Source: a virus (lineage: Duplodnaviria > Caudoviricetes). From it: a DNA stretch of 39,655 nt. Where the stretch lies: positions 1 to 39,655 of IMG/VR virus record IMGVR_UViG_3300027769_000061. One strand, written 5' to 3'. Every line of letters starts with the position of its first letter. The stretch's first letter is position 1. A program made the position numbers and the translations under genes. This document shows, one piece after another, positions 19,986 to 26,673 of this stretch. Below the pieces are notes generated by a model. That model was not told the origin of the DNA, searched no databases, and saw nothing but the letters and a program-made list of their open reading frames with translations.

Positions 19986-20307
19986 GGTACTTCTTGAGAG
20001 ACTCAATTGTTTTGTTCATACTACCGAATAATATATTGATATCAGTTTCCGGTGGGAATCCCATCAGAGCGACTGATTTTCTTAGATTCTCTTTCATTTC
20101 AACCGCCTCAGGGTCGTCTGAAAGAGACAAGCGTGTATACATTACACGCTGCTTTTCTAATAAGAGTTCAAGTTTTTCAATATGTTCCAGTTTAGTCTTA
20201 CGGCTCATCATACCAAAAGTGAGAATACTTCCGTAAATTTGTTCCTGAAGTTTATTAATCTCCTTTAATTCACCTTGAATAATATCAGAGTCAAAAAAAT
20301 TACTCAT
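19978..20307 (-). CDS. Conserved cyanophage/cyanobacterial protein (DUF1825-like)
   Basis: MSNFFDSDII...LLEKQRVMYTRLSLSDDPEA. Start reassigned to the ATG at 20307, which overlaps the gp59 stop. Confidence 0.75.
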   Translation of the reverse strand: MSNFFDSDIIQGELKEINKLQEQIYGSILTFGMMSRKTKLEHIEKLELLLEKQRVMYTRLSLSDDPEAVEMKENLRKSVALMGFPPETDINILFGSMNKTIESLKKYLD

Positions 20308-20896
20308 TGAATATTTCCCGTAAAATTTTTTTGAATTGAAACACATCAATATTTAGAAATGGATTATATTTTTTAATTTTCAAAGAAACACATTCCCACA
20401 CCGGATCATTTAGTTTCTTATCAAACTTCTCTACGATTGAAAATATTTTGTCGTAAATTACGAATGTTTCTGGTGATAATTTCCCACTTAGAAATTTTTT
20501 GAGGACTATAGGGTGCCCTTTTGCACAATTGAAGACATCGTTCAATTCAGTTTCCGAGAACAATTCTGTCGATTGCTCCTTGAACAAGTAACTCAAACTT
20601 TGCTGTCTTCGCATCCACTCTGCATATGTTCTTTCTCCAGAATTTATAATTTGCCCAATCCATAAGTTACCAGGAGAATCTGTTTCTACAAAGTTTGATA
20701 CTAAAAAATCTACTACTTCTTTATCAGAATATTTACGACTTGTTTTCTCAAACCAGTATTTATCGGTCCTTTTATTAAAGGATGTTACACTGGATCGGGT
20801 CTTTGCACCATATTTAAAAAAATCATATTTTGGATTTGTGAAATGATTTTTGAGTGACAAATAATGTTGATAAGTTTCAAAAGGAGTCACAATCAT
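20300..20896 (-). CDS. gp59: Helicase loader gp59
   Basis: YLSLKNHFT..KYDFFKY...F.KR.DKYWFEK...ETFVI.DKI. Conserved gp33-gp59-gp32 order. Start reassigned to 20896. Confidence 0.88.
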   Translation of the reverse strand: MIVTPFETYQHYLSLKNHFTNPKYDFFKYGAKTRSSVTSFNKRTDKYWFEKTSRKYSDKEVVDFLVSNFVETDSPGNLWIGQIINSGERTYAEWMRRQQSLSYLFKEQSTELFSETELNDVFNCAKGHPIVLKKFLSGKLSPETFVIYDKIFSIVEKFDKKLNDPVWECVSLKIKKYNPFLNIDVFQFKKILREIFNE

Positions 20897-21153
20897 AAAG
20901 GCAGTTTTGCTTTTGATGTTTGCTTCATAAAATTGAGACGAGTTGCATCCCATTTCAGTTTTTCTTTCAGAGGTTTTGAAATGAGTTTTGTAATTGAATC
21001 CACCTCAATATTATTTTCCTCACAATAATGACATATTGCATCAATATAATTCATTTTTTCAAGTGCCACAATACTTTCGATTTCCAGAGCAAATTTCGAA
21101 GGAGTTAAAAACTTATTTTCTATTGCCTGTTCTAGTTCTTTATTCTGTTCCAT
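20893..21153 (-). CDS. gp33: Late transcription coactivator gp33
   Basis: FALEIESIV...NYIDAICHYCEENNIE...KLISKPLKEKL..DA..LNF. Start reassigned to MEQNK. Confidence 0.88.
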   Translation of the reverse strand: MEQNKELEQAIENKFLTPSKFALEIESIVALEKMNYIDAICHYCEENNIEVDSITKLISKPLKEKLKWDATRLNFMKQTSKAKLPL

Positions 21154-21865
21154 ACTGTTCCAGTTTATCTCTAACAAACTCTCTAATGTATTCGGTGAGT
21201 AGTTTGATGTACTTTGATTTGTCATATTCTTCATAGACGACGCATTCTCCATTTTCGCAAGCCATAATGATTACCAGTTTTTTAACAGAAATACCTGTTA
21301 GTTCATACAGCATACAACCATATGCCATACATTGAACAAAATAATGTTCAATCCACTCGCGTGGTTTTGGTTTTTTAGAAGTTTTAAAGTCAATTATTGC
21401 CAGTTCACCATCAAACTCCCCTATACAGTCAACAGTACCTGCAATTCCAAGAACTTTGCTGTATAAAGACCCTTCAAGAGCATGAATATTATTTATACGA
21501 TTCAGATCTTTCTTAGCAATATCAAATAAAAACTGAGATAAAGGTTGAACTTCTGGAAGATCATCATTCTTCAAATGATGCTCAACTAGCGTGTGCATAT
21601 CTGTTCCACGACTAGTTGCTTGTTGCGTGATCTTGTCTGCTTCTTTGTCGCCAACCTTTTTGCGCCATTTAACAAATACCTGGCGATTTTTATGACTGGT
21701 AACAGAAGTAATCGAAACTAATCTTAAAAGTTGATCTAAATCTGGAACCTTATAATATCGAATGCCATCTATAGTCTCCCTTTCTAACTTAGGGAGTTCA
21801 ATATCAACATGATTAAATTTTTGACCATGAATTTCATTATATTTTTCAATCAAAGAGTTTGTCAT
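21140..21865 (-). CDS. PD-(D/E)XK exonuclease
   Basis: SITSV...W...RGT.MH...E...AGTVDCI...IIDFKTS...YFVQ..AY. Confidence 0.88.
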   Translation of the reverse strand: MTNSLIEKYNEIHGQKFNHVDIELPKLERETIDGIRYYKVPDLDQLLRLVSITSVTSHKNRQVFVKWRKKVGDKEADKITQQATSRGTDMHTLVEHHLKNDDLPEVQPLSQFLFDIAKKDLNRINNIHALEGSLYSKVLGIAGTVDCIGEFDGELAIIDFKTSKKPKPREWIEHYFVQCMAYGCMLYELTGISVKKLVIIMACENGECVVYEEYDKSKYIKLLTEYIREFVRDKLEQYGTE

Positions 21866-22617
21866 TAAAATCCAGCATCTATTTTTGCAATAATGTATTC
21901 TTTAACAAGTCCAGAACGAACAATGTCTTCTACACCAAATTCAATTATATCAAAAGAAGGCATTTTACGCAAGACTGTCATAAAATCTACAATACCATTA
22001 CGCTCATTGGTTTTTACAAGATCTGATTGAGTTCCGTCTCCACAAAAACAAATTTTTGTATTTTCACCAACGCGAGTGATAATAGAATCCAATTCATGGA
22101 AATTAAGATTTTGAAACTCATCTACAATAATAATTGAATTATCAAGAGTGGTTCCTCTTAAGAATGAGGTACTCCAGAACTTAATCGTTTCTTGTGATTT
22201 TAGATTGCCATAGAGCATTTCAAAGTCAACATCGGAAGGCATCTGAAACATATACTTCACCATATTCTTATAAGGAATTTGGTAGATATCTGCCTTATCA
22301 TCATGTGTTCCTGGAAGAAACCCGATCTCACGGGTTGCAACTAATGAACGAACAAGATAAATTTTTTCATAAGGAGTTCTTTCATCAAGAACATCTTTCA
22401 AAGCATTGAATAGAGTAATAAAAGTTTTACCAGTTCCGGCACACCCATAAGCAACAACATGTTTACCTTCGGCATAAGAATCAAAAAGTCTTCTTTGATT
22501 ATTAGTAAGAGGATCAATATCAATTAAATATTCACTACTTAATGGTTTTTTACGCTTTGATTGACGAGTGGTAAGACCAACACCGATTGGTTGATCTGCT
22601 CTTTTTCTTCTTGCCAT
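21865..22617 (-). CDS. phoH: PhoH family ATPase
   Basis: GCAGTGKT Walker A, IGFLPG, FLRGTT, IVDEFQN, GD..QSDL and DIVRSGLVK motifs. Confidence 0.96.
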   Translation of the reverse strand: MARRKRADQPIGVGLTTRQSKRKKPLSSEYLIDIDPLTNNQRRLFDSYAEGKHVVAYGCAGTGKTFITLFNALKDVLDERTPYEKIYLVRSLVATREIGFLPGTHDDKADIYQIPYKNMVKYMFQMPSDVDFEMLYGNLKSQETIKFWSTSFLRGTTLDNSIIIVDEFQNLNFHELDSIITRVGENTKICFCGDGTQSDLVKTNERNGIVDFMTVLRKMPSFDIIEFGVEDIVRSGLVKEYIIAKIDAGF

Positions 22618-22859
22618 TAGATTTTCTTTACAGTTGATTTTGGTGCTTTGCTTGCGCGATCTAGTACTTCATTCCATCCAGGATTTCTTGCGATGAGTTT
22701 ATCTTTCCATTCACCGACTTCTCCGGGAGTAGCACATCCCTGTGACCAATCACGGGACCAAGGTTTATTATTTTCATACCAATCCATAATATCATGGACA
22801 CTCATTTCAATAACTTTTTTTTCACCCGTTTCCGGATTATAAACTGGATATATTGCCAT
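22617..22859 (-). CDS. Conserved cyanophage hypothetical protein upstream of phoH
   Basis: MAIYPVYNPETGEKK...W...GEVGEWKDKL...PGWNEVL. Its start and stop overlap those of its neighbours. Confidence 0.75.
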   Translation of the reverse strand: MAIYPVYNPETGEKKVIEMSVHDIMDWYENNKPWSRDWSQGCATPGEVGEWKDKLIARNPGWNEVLDRASKAPKSTVKKI

Positions 22860-23410
22860 TAAACCAATCTCCATCCTTTATGTTGTTGTTGTCTTCCTCT
22901 ACGCAAATCATATATGCAAGAGGGTTTTAAATTGTGTAGTTCACAAAATTCATTAATATTGTCACCATTATATATTTCCCCCTTTGGAGACATCAATTTA
23001 AACGATTTAACATGTAAGGGAGGTTTTATTCCCATATCTTTATTTCGTTTAGAAAGACGATTTTTCGCATCTTCACTCATACCTGGACCCAATACTCTAC
23101 CCTTGCAGGAATTTCGTATCTTTTCTTTACTTTTTTCAGTATGTCCAGTAAAGATAGGAGGAGCATCTCCACCATTTGATTTATTGCGAAGAATTCCAGT
23201 TCCCAAATCTTTTCTACCAAAAACATTAATCATATAAATTTCATGTTTATATGCAGCATCTTCTGTAAGATTATTTTTAAGAATGAGTATTCTGTCTTTT
23301 GGTGGAGGAGAAAAGAAATCATGTTTTTGATATGCTCTTCTACCTTTACCTTTACCAATATACCATGGAGTTTTATCTTCTCGCAAATAAGCGTAAGTAT
23401 AATACTCCAT
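22859..23410 (-). CDS. Free-standing GIY-YIG-like homing endonuclease
   Basis: YYTYAY-x7-YIGKG..RR...E..MI...GR...ILRN...GGD catalytic-type region, HTEKSKEKIR (NUMOD3-like) and a C-terminal HKGW motif. Confidence 0.8.
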   Translation of the reverse strand: MEYYTYAYLREDKTPWYIGKGKGRRAYQKHDFFSPPPKDRILILKNNLTEDAAYKHEIYMINVFGRKDLGTGILRNKSNGGDAPPIFTGHTEKSKEKIRNSCKGRVLGPGMSEDAKNRLSKRNKDMGIKPPLHVKSFKLMSPKGEIYNGDNINEFCELHNLKPSCIYDLRRGRQQQHKGWRLV

Positions 23411-23434
23411 GAAGTTGCGAAATCAATACAAAAA

Positions 23435-23441
23435 TATTTAT
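23435..23441 (-). promoter_or_regulatory. Late promoter (ATAAATA) for the endonuclease, overlapping the thyX stop
   Basis: CCA-TAA-ATA, about 25 nt upstream of the endonuclease ATG. Confidence 0.55.
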
Positions 23442-24190
23442 GGACTCAACCGTGCTTTATGAAGACGCTTTTCTTCATAATAACCCCAAACATTTGGTGC
23501 CCACTTTTGAATTTCGGGAGCAATTTGTTCACTTAATGCCTGAATTTCAAGTTGAGCATCCAACTTAGCACGAAGATCAAGAATATGAAGAATAGAACGA
23601 AGATTGCAAGAAACTACAAAGTTTTGACGAATTCCTTGTGCTAGACCATCACGAATATGTTCTTCACACATTCCCCTTTCATACTTCACAGCATAACGCT
23701 TACATCCTTCTACATACCATTTCATCTCATCATCATAATCTTCTTGAGTCCATTCATACTTCTTACCCTTGCGATTGGTATAGAAACCAGGAGGACGAGA
23801 ATAGAAAACTTCATCAGGTTTCAATTCTCCTTGTGCCACCTTCACAACTCTCTTACCAGTGTATCGTTGAGATTGAACATCAAACGTCACACCTACCCTG
23901 TGAGTCCTTGCTTGCACCATAACGTTGTGGACATACCCAGACACCGAGAATGTAATGCCGGGGTGTTCTACAGGTCCCCAGTGCCCTCTCTCGTTGCTTA
24001 GAAGTTGCTCTACGATCCATTCACCACACTTCTGCGGTGTAGGAATTTCTTGATGATGAATAGGAATTTCTGAATAGTCACATTTTCCTGCTTGGTAAAT
24101 TACCTGCTCTGGAATTGGATATCCTTGAAGTTTTACTACTTCAAGTCTCTTATCAAGTTCAAGAAGATCTTTTGCTTTAATAGGTCTCAT
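23438..24190 (-). CDS. thyX: FAD-dependent thymidylate synthase
   Basis: GHWGPVEH, QARTHRVGVTFDVQSQRY, E..R..L, NLRSILH..DLR...AQLEI motifs. Confidence 0.92.
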   Translation of the reverse strand: MRPIKAKDLLELDKRLEVVKLQGYPIPEQVIYQAGKCDYSEIPIHHQEIPTPQKCGEWIVEQLLSNERGHWGPVEHPGITFSVSGYVHNVMVQARTHRVGVTFDVQSQRYTGKRVVKVAQGELKPDEVFYSRPPGFYTNRKGKKYEWTQEDYDDEMKWYVEGCKRYAVKYERGMCEEHIRDGLAQGIRQNFVVSCNLRSILHILDLRAKLDAQLEIQALSEQIAPEIQKWAPNVWGYYEEKRLHKARLSP

Positions 24191-24354
24191 TTCTTTCCAA
24201 ATCCTTTTGATGTTTTTGCTTCAAGTTCTGCAAGTTCTTGTTTTACAACTCGCAATTGTTGTTTCATTTCTATCAGTTGCTCATCAGAATAAAGATGGTC
24301 TTGTTTACTCAATCTTTCAAGCAACTTTACCAGTTCTTTTGCTCTATTCGTCAT
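24187..24354 (-). CDS. Small coiled-coil hypothetical protein (55 aa)
   Basis: Not in the track: MTNRAKELVKLLERLSKQDHLYSDEQLIEMKQQLRVVKQELAELEAKTSKGFGKK*. ATGA overlap with thyX. Confidence 0.75.
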   Translation of the reverse strand: MTNRAKELVKLLERLSKQDHLYSDEQLIEMKQQLRVVKQELAELEAKTSKGFGKK

Positions 24355-24517
24355 CTAAATCACTATCCTCAAAAATTTCGTCATAATCTAAAACTGCCCG
24401 TTTTCTCATCGGTTCCATAGGAGTATAAGCAGAAACATCAGAATAGATTTCTGCCTTTAATGAATCCACAAGCAATTCTATATTACGAACGATAAGTTTT
24501 AATTTTTCTTTGTCCAT
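24344..24517 (-). CDS. Small cyanophage hypothetical protein
   Basis: MDKEKLKLIVRNIELLVDSLKAEIYSD...DYDEIFEDSD; lies just downstream of a promoter. Confidence 0.75.
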   Translation of the reverse strand: MDKEKLKLIVRNIELLVDSLKAEIYSDVSAYTPMEPMRKRAVLDYDEIFEDSDLDDE

Positions 24518-24538
24518 ATCTTGTAATACTCTCATCTC

Positions 24539-24567
24539 ATTTTACATAAAAAAAGGGAGGATGTCAA
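24539..24567 (-). promoter_or_regulatory. Sigma70-type promoter embedded in a terminator
   Basis: TTGACA-N17-TAAAAT. Confidence 0.75.
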
Positions 24568-24574
24568 TCCTCCC
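24548..24574 (-). terminator. Rho-independent terminator
   Basis: GGGAGGAT-TGAC-ATCCTCCC-TTTTTTT (8-bp stem, 7 U). Confidence 0.9.
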
Positions 24575-24578
24575 AGTT

Positions 24579-24680
24579 TCAGGCAACTTGTGGTTTTTTT
24601 GCCATATTCAGTTGTGCTACTTGAAGGAGTTTTTCCTTCTTTGCTTTTGTTTTGAGATAGCGAACGAAATAAGTGTTCAT
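24579..24680 (-). CDS. 33-aa basic peptide, translationally coupled to the DUF4278-like gene
   Basis: MNTYFVRYLKTKAKKEKLLQVAQLNMAKKPQVA*. AAGGAGG RBS and ATGA overlap; ends just before the terminator. Confidence 0.7.
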   Translation of the reverse strand: MNTYFVRYLKTKAKKEKLLQVAQLNMAKKPQVA

Positions 24681-24814
24681 TTGTGCCCCTCCTTTACATA
24701 CTTAATACCACGATAGGTTTCGTTGTATTGTTGGGGTTGCTGCATCATTTGCTGTTGGTATTCAATGCGCTTTTGGGTATCATATTCAACACCACGATAT
24801 ACGACTTTGGACAT
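24677..24814 (-). CDS. DUF4278-like small protein (45 aa)
   Basis: MSKVVYRGVEYDTQKRIEYQQQMMQQPQQYNETYRGIKYVKEGHK*, with two YRG[VI]xY motifs and an AAAGGAG RBS. Confidence 0.85.
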   Translation of the reverse strand: MSKVVYRGVEYDTQKRIEYQQQMMQQPQQYNETYRGIKYVKEGHK

Positions 24815-24843
24815 TAGGTTTGCTCCTTTACTTTTTAGGTATT

Positions 24844-24890
24844 GGCGCGTTGCTTCCCAAATGGTACTTCCGTCGCTTATGCGATCAACG
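24844..24890 (-). ncRNA. Glutamine-I riboswitch (glnA RNA motif)
   Basis: CGTTG-A-TCGC-ATAA-GCGA-CGGAAGTA-CC-ATTT-GG-GAAG-CAACG-CGCC. It shows P1 CGUUG/CAACG, a P2 hairpin, the GGAAGUA/GAAG E-loop region and a short P3, and lies 5' of a DUF4278-like gene. Confidence 0.85.
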
Positions 24891-24898
24891 TACTGTAT

Positions 24899-24934
24899 AT
24901 ATTAGCATAAAATCAAAAAAGTAGCAACTGATAC
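24899..24934 (-). promoter_or_regulatory. Extended -10 promoter (TGcTAATAT) with an NtcA-type GTA-N8-TAC box over the -35 region
   Basis: GTAGCAACTGATAC at 24921-24934; TG-C-TAATAT at 24907-24899, 8 nt upstream of the riboswitch. Confidence 0.55.
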
Positions 24935-25017
24935 CAAAATTGTATCATACTGCTACCTTTTTGAAAAACTATCGCGTGAGAAATTTTTGGGGGAAATTTT
25001 TTGCCCCCTCAGGGAAA

Positions 25018-25365
25018 TCACTTTCGCTTTTTAGTTTTGGACGGTGAAGATTTATATCCCCAAAGTCTTGGATTAACTCTACCGTATCCCCAATCAATTT
25101 TTTTCACCGCGTTAGGTCCAAATTTATCGTAATACAAATCAAAGATGCGAACTCTTGTTCCTCTACAAAGATCCATGCATCTATTTCCATCAACTTCATA
25201 AACTACAATATAAGCATCAGTAGGAAAAGACGGATCCTTTATAGTTTCATTTGTAGCATTTTCTAGTAAAATTTCACATCCATATTTGGGAGGAATATCT
25301 TTTTTTTCTTCTGGTGTCCATTCCATTTTGAGTGTTTCCTCTTTTACACTACTAACTGTGCTCAC
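25018..25365 (-). CDS. Conserved cyanophage hypothetical protein
   Basis: CEILLENA...PTDAYIVVY...DLCRG...IFDLYYDKFG...IDWGYGRVNPRLWGY. Start uncertain (GTG 25365 or ATG 25326). Confidence 0.75.
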   Translation of the reverse strand: MSTVSSVKEETLKMEWTPEEKKDIPPKYGCEILLENATNETIKDPSFPTDAYIVVYEVDGNRCMDLCRGTRVRIFDLYYDKFGPNAVKKIDWGYGRVNPRLWGYKSSPSKTKKRK

Positions 25366-25967
25366 GAACGACCCCCCCATTGAATGTCGGGATATGCTTC
25401 AAAAACAATTTCCTTTGTAATTTTATACTTAGTTTGAAGTTTCTTATCCTTACAAAGACATAAAATTTCTGCTTCCAAGGGATGAAGACCTTCTAAAATG
25501 TTAATGAACATTGTTTCTCTACGAAGAGAACTTAATGAATCATTTCCTCCCTTTACGAAATTATAAAATTTTGTATATTCTTTACGAATTGAAGATCTTC
25601 CCTGATCCTGAGATCCAAGTGAATTACTTCCAATTTCTTGCATTTTTACTACAGCATCATCAATTTTCTCAGAAAGAGTTCCGCTGAAAGAATTTTGCTC
25701 ACCAACACTAGAATATGGAACTTCTCCCGGAGGAAGTACTGATATTACTGTTTCATCAAAATTCCAAATAAAAATTGCTTTTAAAGAACTATCTTCATAT
25801 TTCTTTAAAATTTCTACCTTCTTAGAATTTGTTCTTTGCTTAGAAACAAAATTTAGTACTTCGAAAATAAAGGGATTTTTTGGCAATTCTAAACTTTCAG
25901 AATTTACTACTTTTAACTGATTTGTTTTTGGTTTAGTAGTAGTTTTTTTTGTTACTGTCATACTCAT
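25362..25967 (-). CDS. Conserved T4-like phage hypothetical protein (DUF6433-like)
   Basis: LPKNPFIFEVL...WNFD...LPPGEVPY...RRETMFINILEGLHPLEAEIL...KDKKL. Confidence 0.75.
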   Translation of the reverse strand: MSMTVTKKTTTKPKTNQLKVVNSESLELPKNPFIFEVLNFVSKQRTNSKKVEILKKYEDSSLKAIFIWNFDETVISVLPPGEVPYSSVGEQNSFSGTLSEKIDDAVVKMQEIGSNSLGSQDQGRSSIRKEYTKFYNFVKGGNDSLSSLRRETMFINILEGLHPLEAEILCLCKDKKLQTKYKITKEIVFEAYPDIQWGGRS

Positions 25968-25999
25968 AAAAATCAAAATTTATATTAATTTAAAAATAT

Positions 26000-26230
26000 T
26001 TAGTCTTCTTCATCATCAAGTTCCTCATCATCAAAGAAGTCTGGATTGAAACTTATTGCAAGAACCTCATCAGGAATAACATTTCCATTATCATCAAAAA
26101 ATTCTGGATGAAGTTTTGGTCTATCTTGATAATTCATCATATATTCTCTCGCAACCCAACCAGCAATAAGTCCGACTATGAGAAACATTACAATTAAAAA
26201 AGAACCAAGAACTAAACTAACTGCTAACAT
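26000..26230 (-). CDS. Small membrane protein
   Basis: N-terminal hydrophobic helix, HPEFFDDNGN..PDEV motif and acidic tail; GGAG RBS. Confidence 0.75.
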   Translation of the reverse strand: MLAVSLVLGSFLIVMFLIVGLIAGWVAREYMMNYQDRPKLHPEFFDDNGNVIPDEVLAISFNPDFFDDEELDDEED

Positions 26231-26247
26231 TTCTTTTCTCCGGAAAA

Positions 26248-26433
26248 TTACTTTTTCTTGTTCCTAGACTTTAAGGAAAATTCAAAATAGATAGTTACTT
26301 CCCGATTTAGAAAGCAAAATATCTTTTCAAAAATAATATGAAATGGTTGAATTTGCTTTCTTTTTCCTCCATGGAGTAAAACTTCAACGCCACGATTTCT
26401 GTGGTTATTATTATTTAGGTTTGTATTAGACAA
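26248..26433 (-). CDS. Small hypothetical protein
   Basis: NRGVEVLL...PFHIIFEKIFCFLNREVTIYFEFSL. A probable TTG start overlaps the end of glutaredoxin. Confidence 0.55.
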   Translation of the reverse strand: MSNTNLNNNNHRNRGVEVLLHGGKRKQIQPFHIIFEKIFCFLNREVTIYFEFSLKSRNKKK

Positions 26434-26662
26434 TTTTTTGTTCTTTAAGATATTGAATAGTATCTGTACAACCACCTAGTTTCTTATCGTCACAAAGGAC
26501 TTGAGGAAATGTTGATCCTTCACCAAATTCGGAATAAAATTCTTCCCTGGTAAAATGCTCATTTAAATTATAAACCACAAAGTTACTTCCTGTCAACTCC
26601 AATACTTGTTTAACCTTATAGCAATATGGACAATTTTCTTTTGAATAGATTGTAAAATTCAT
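26426..26662 (-). CDS. nrdC: Glutaredoxin
   Basis: CPYC active site, TFPQV and LGGC motifs. Confidence 0.93.
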   Translation of the reverse strand: MNFTIYSKENCPYCYKVKQVLELTGSNFVVYNLNEHFTREEFYSEFGEGSTFPQVLCDDKKLGGCTDTIQYLKEQKIV

Positions 26663-26673
26663 AATTTTTTTAT

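Noticed and set aside
21140-21865. Cas4-like nuclease suggesting CRISPR association
   Set aside because: It is the standard cyanophage exonuclease between phoH and gp33. No cas genes or array are present.
22859-24190. Group I intron in thyX containing the endonuclease
   Set aside because: thyX is uninterrupted and complete, and the endonuclease lies after its stop codon.
24981-25017. GGGGG-N10-CCCCC hairpin with A/T tracts as a terminator or origin
   Set aside because: The stem is short, the loop is large and there is no U-tract on the coding strand, so support is insufficient.
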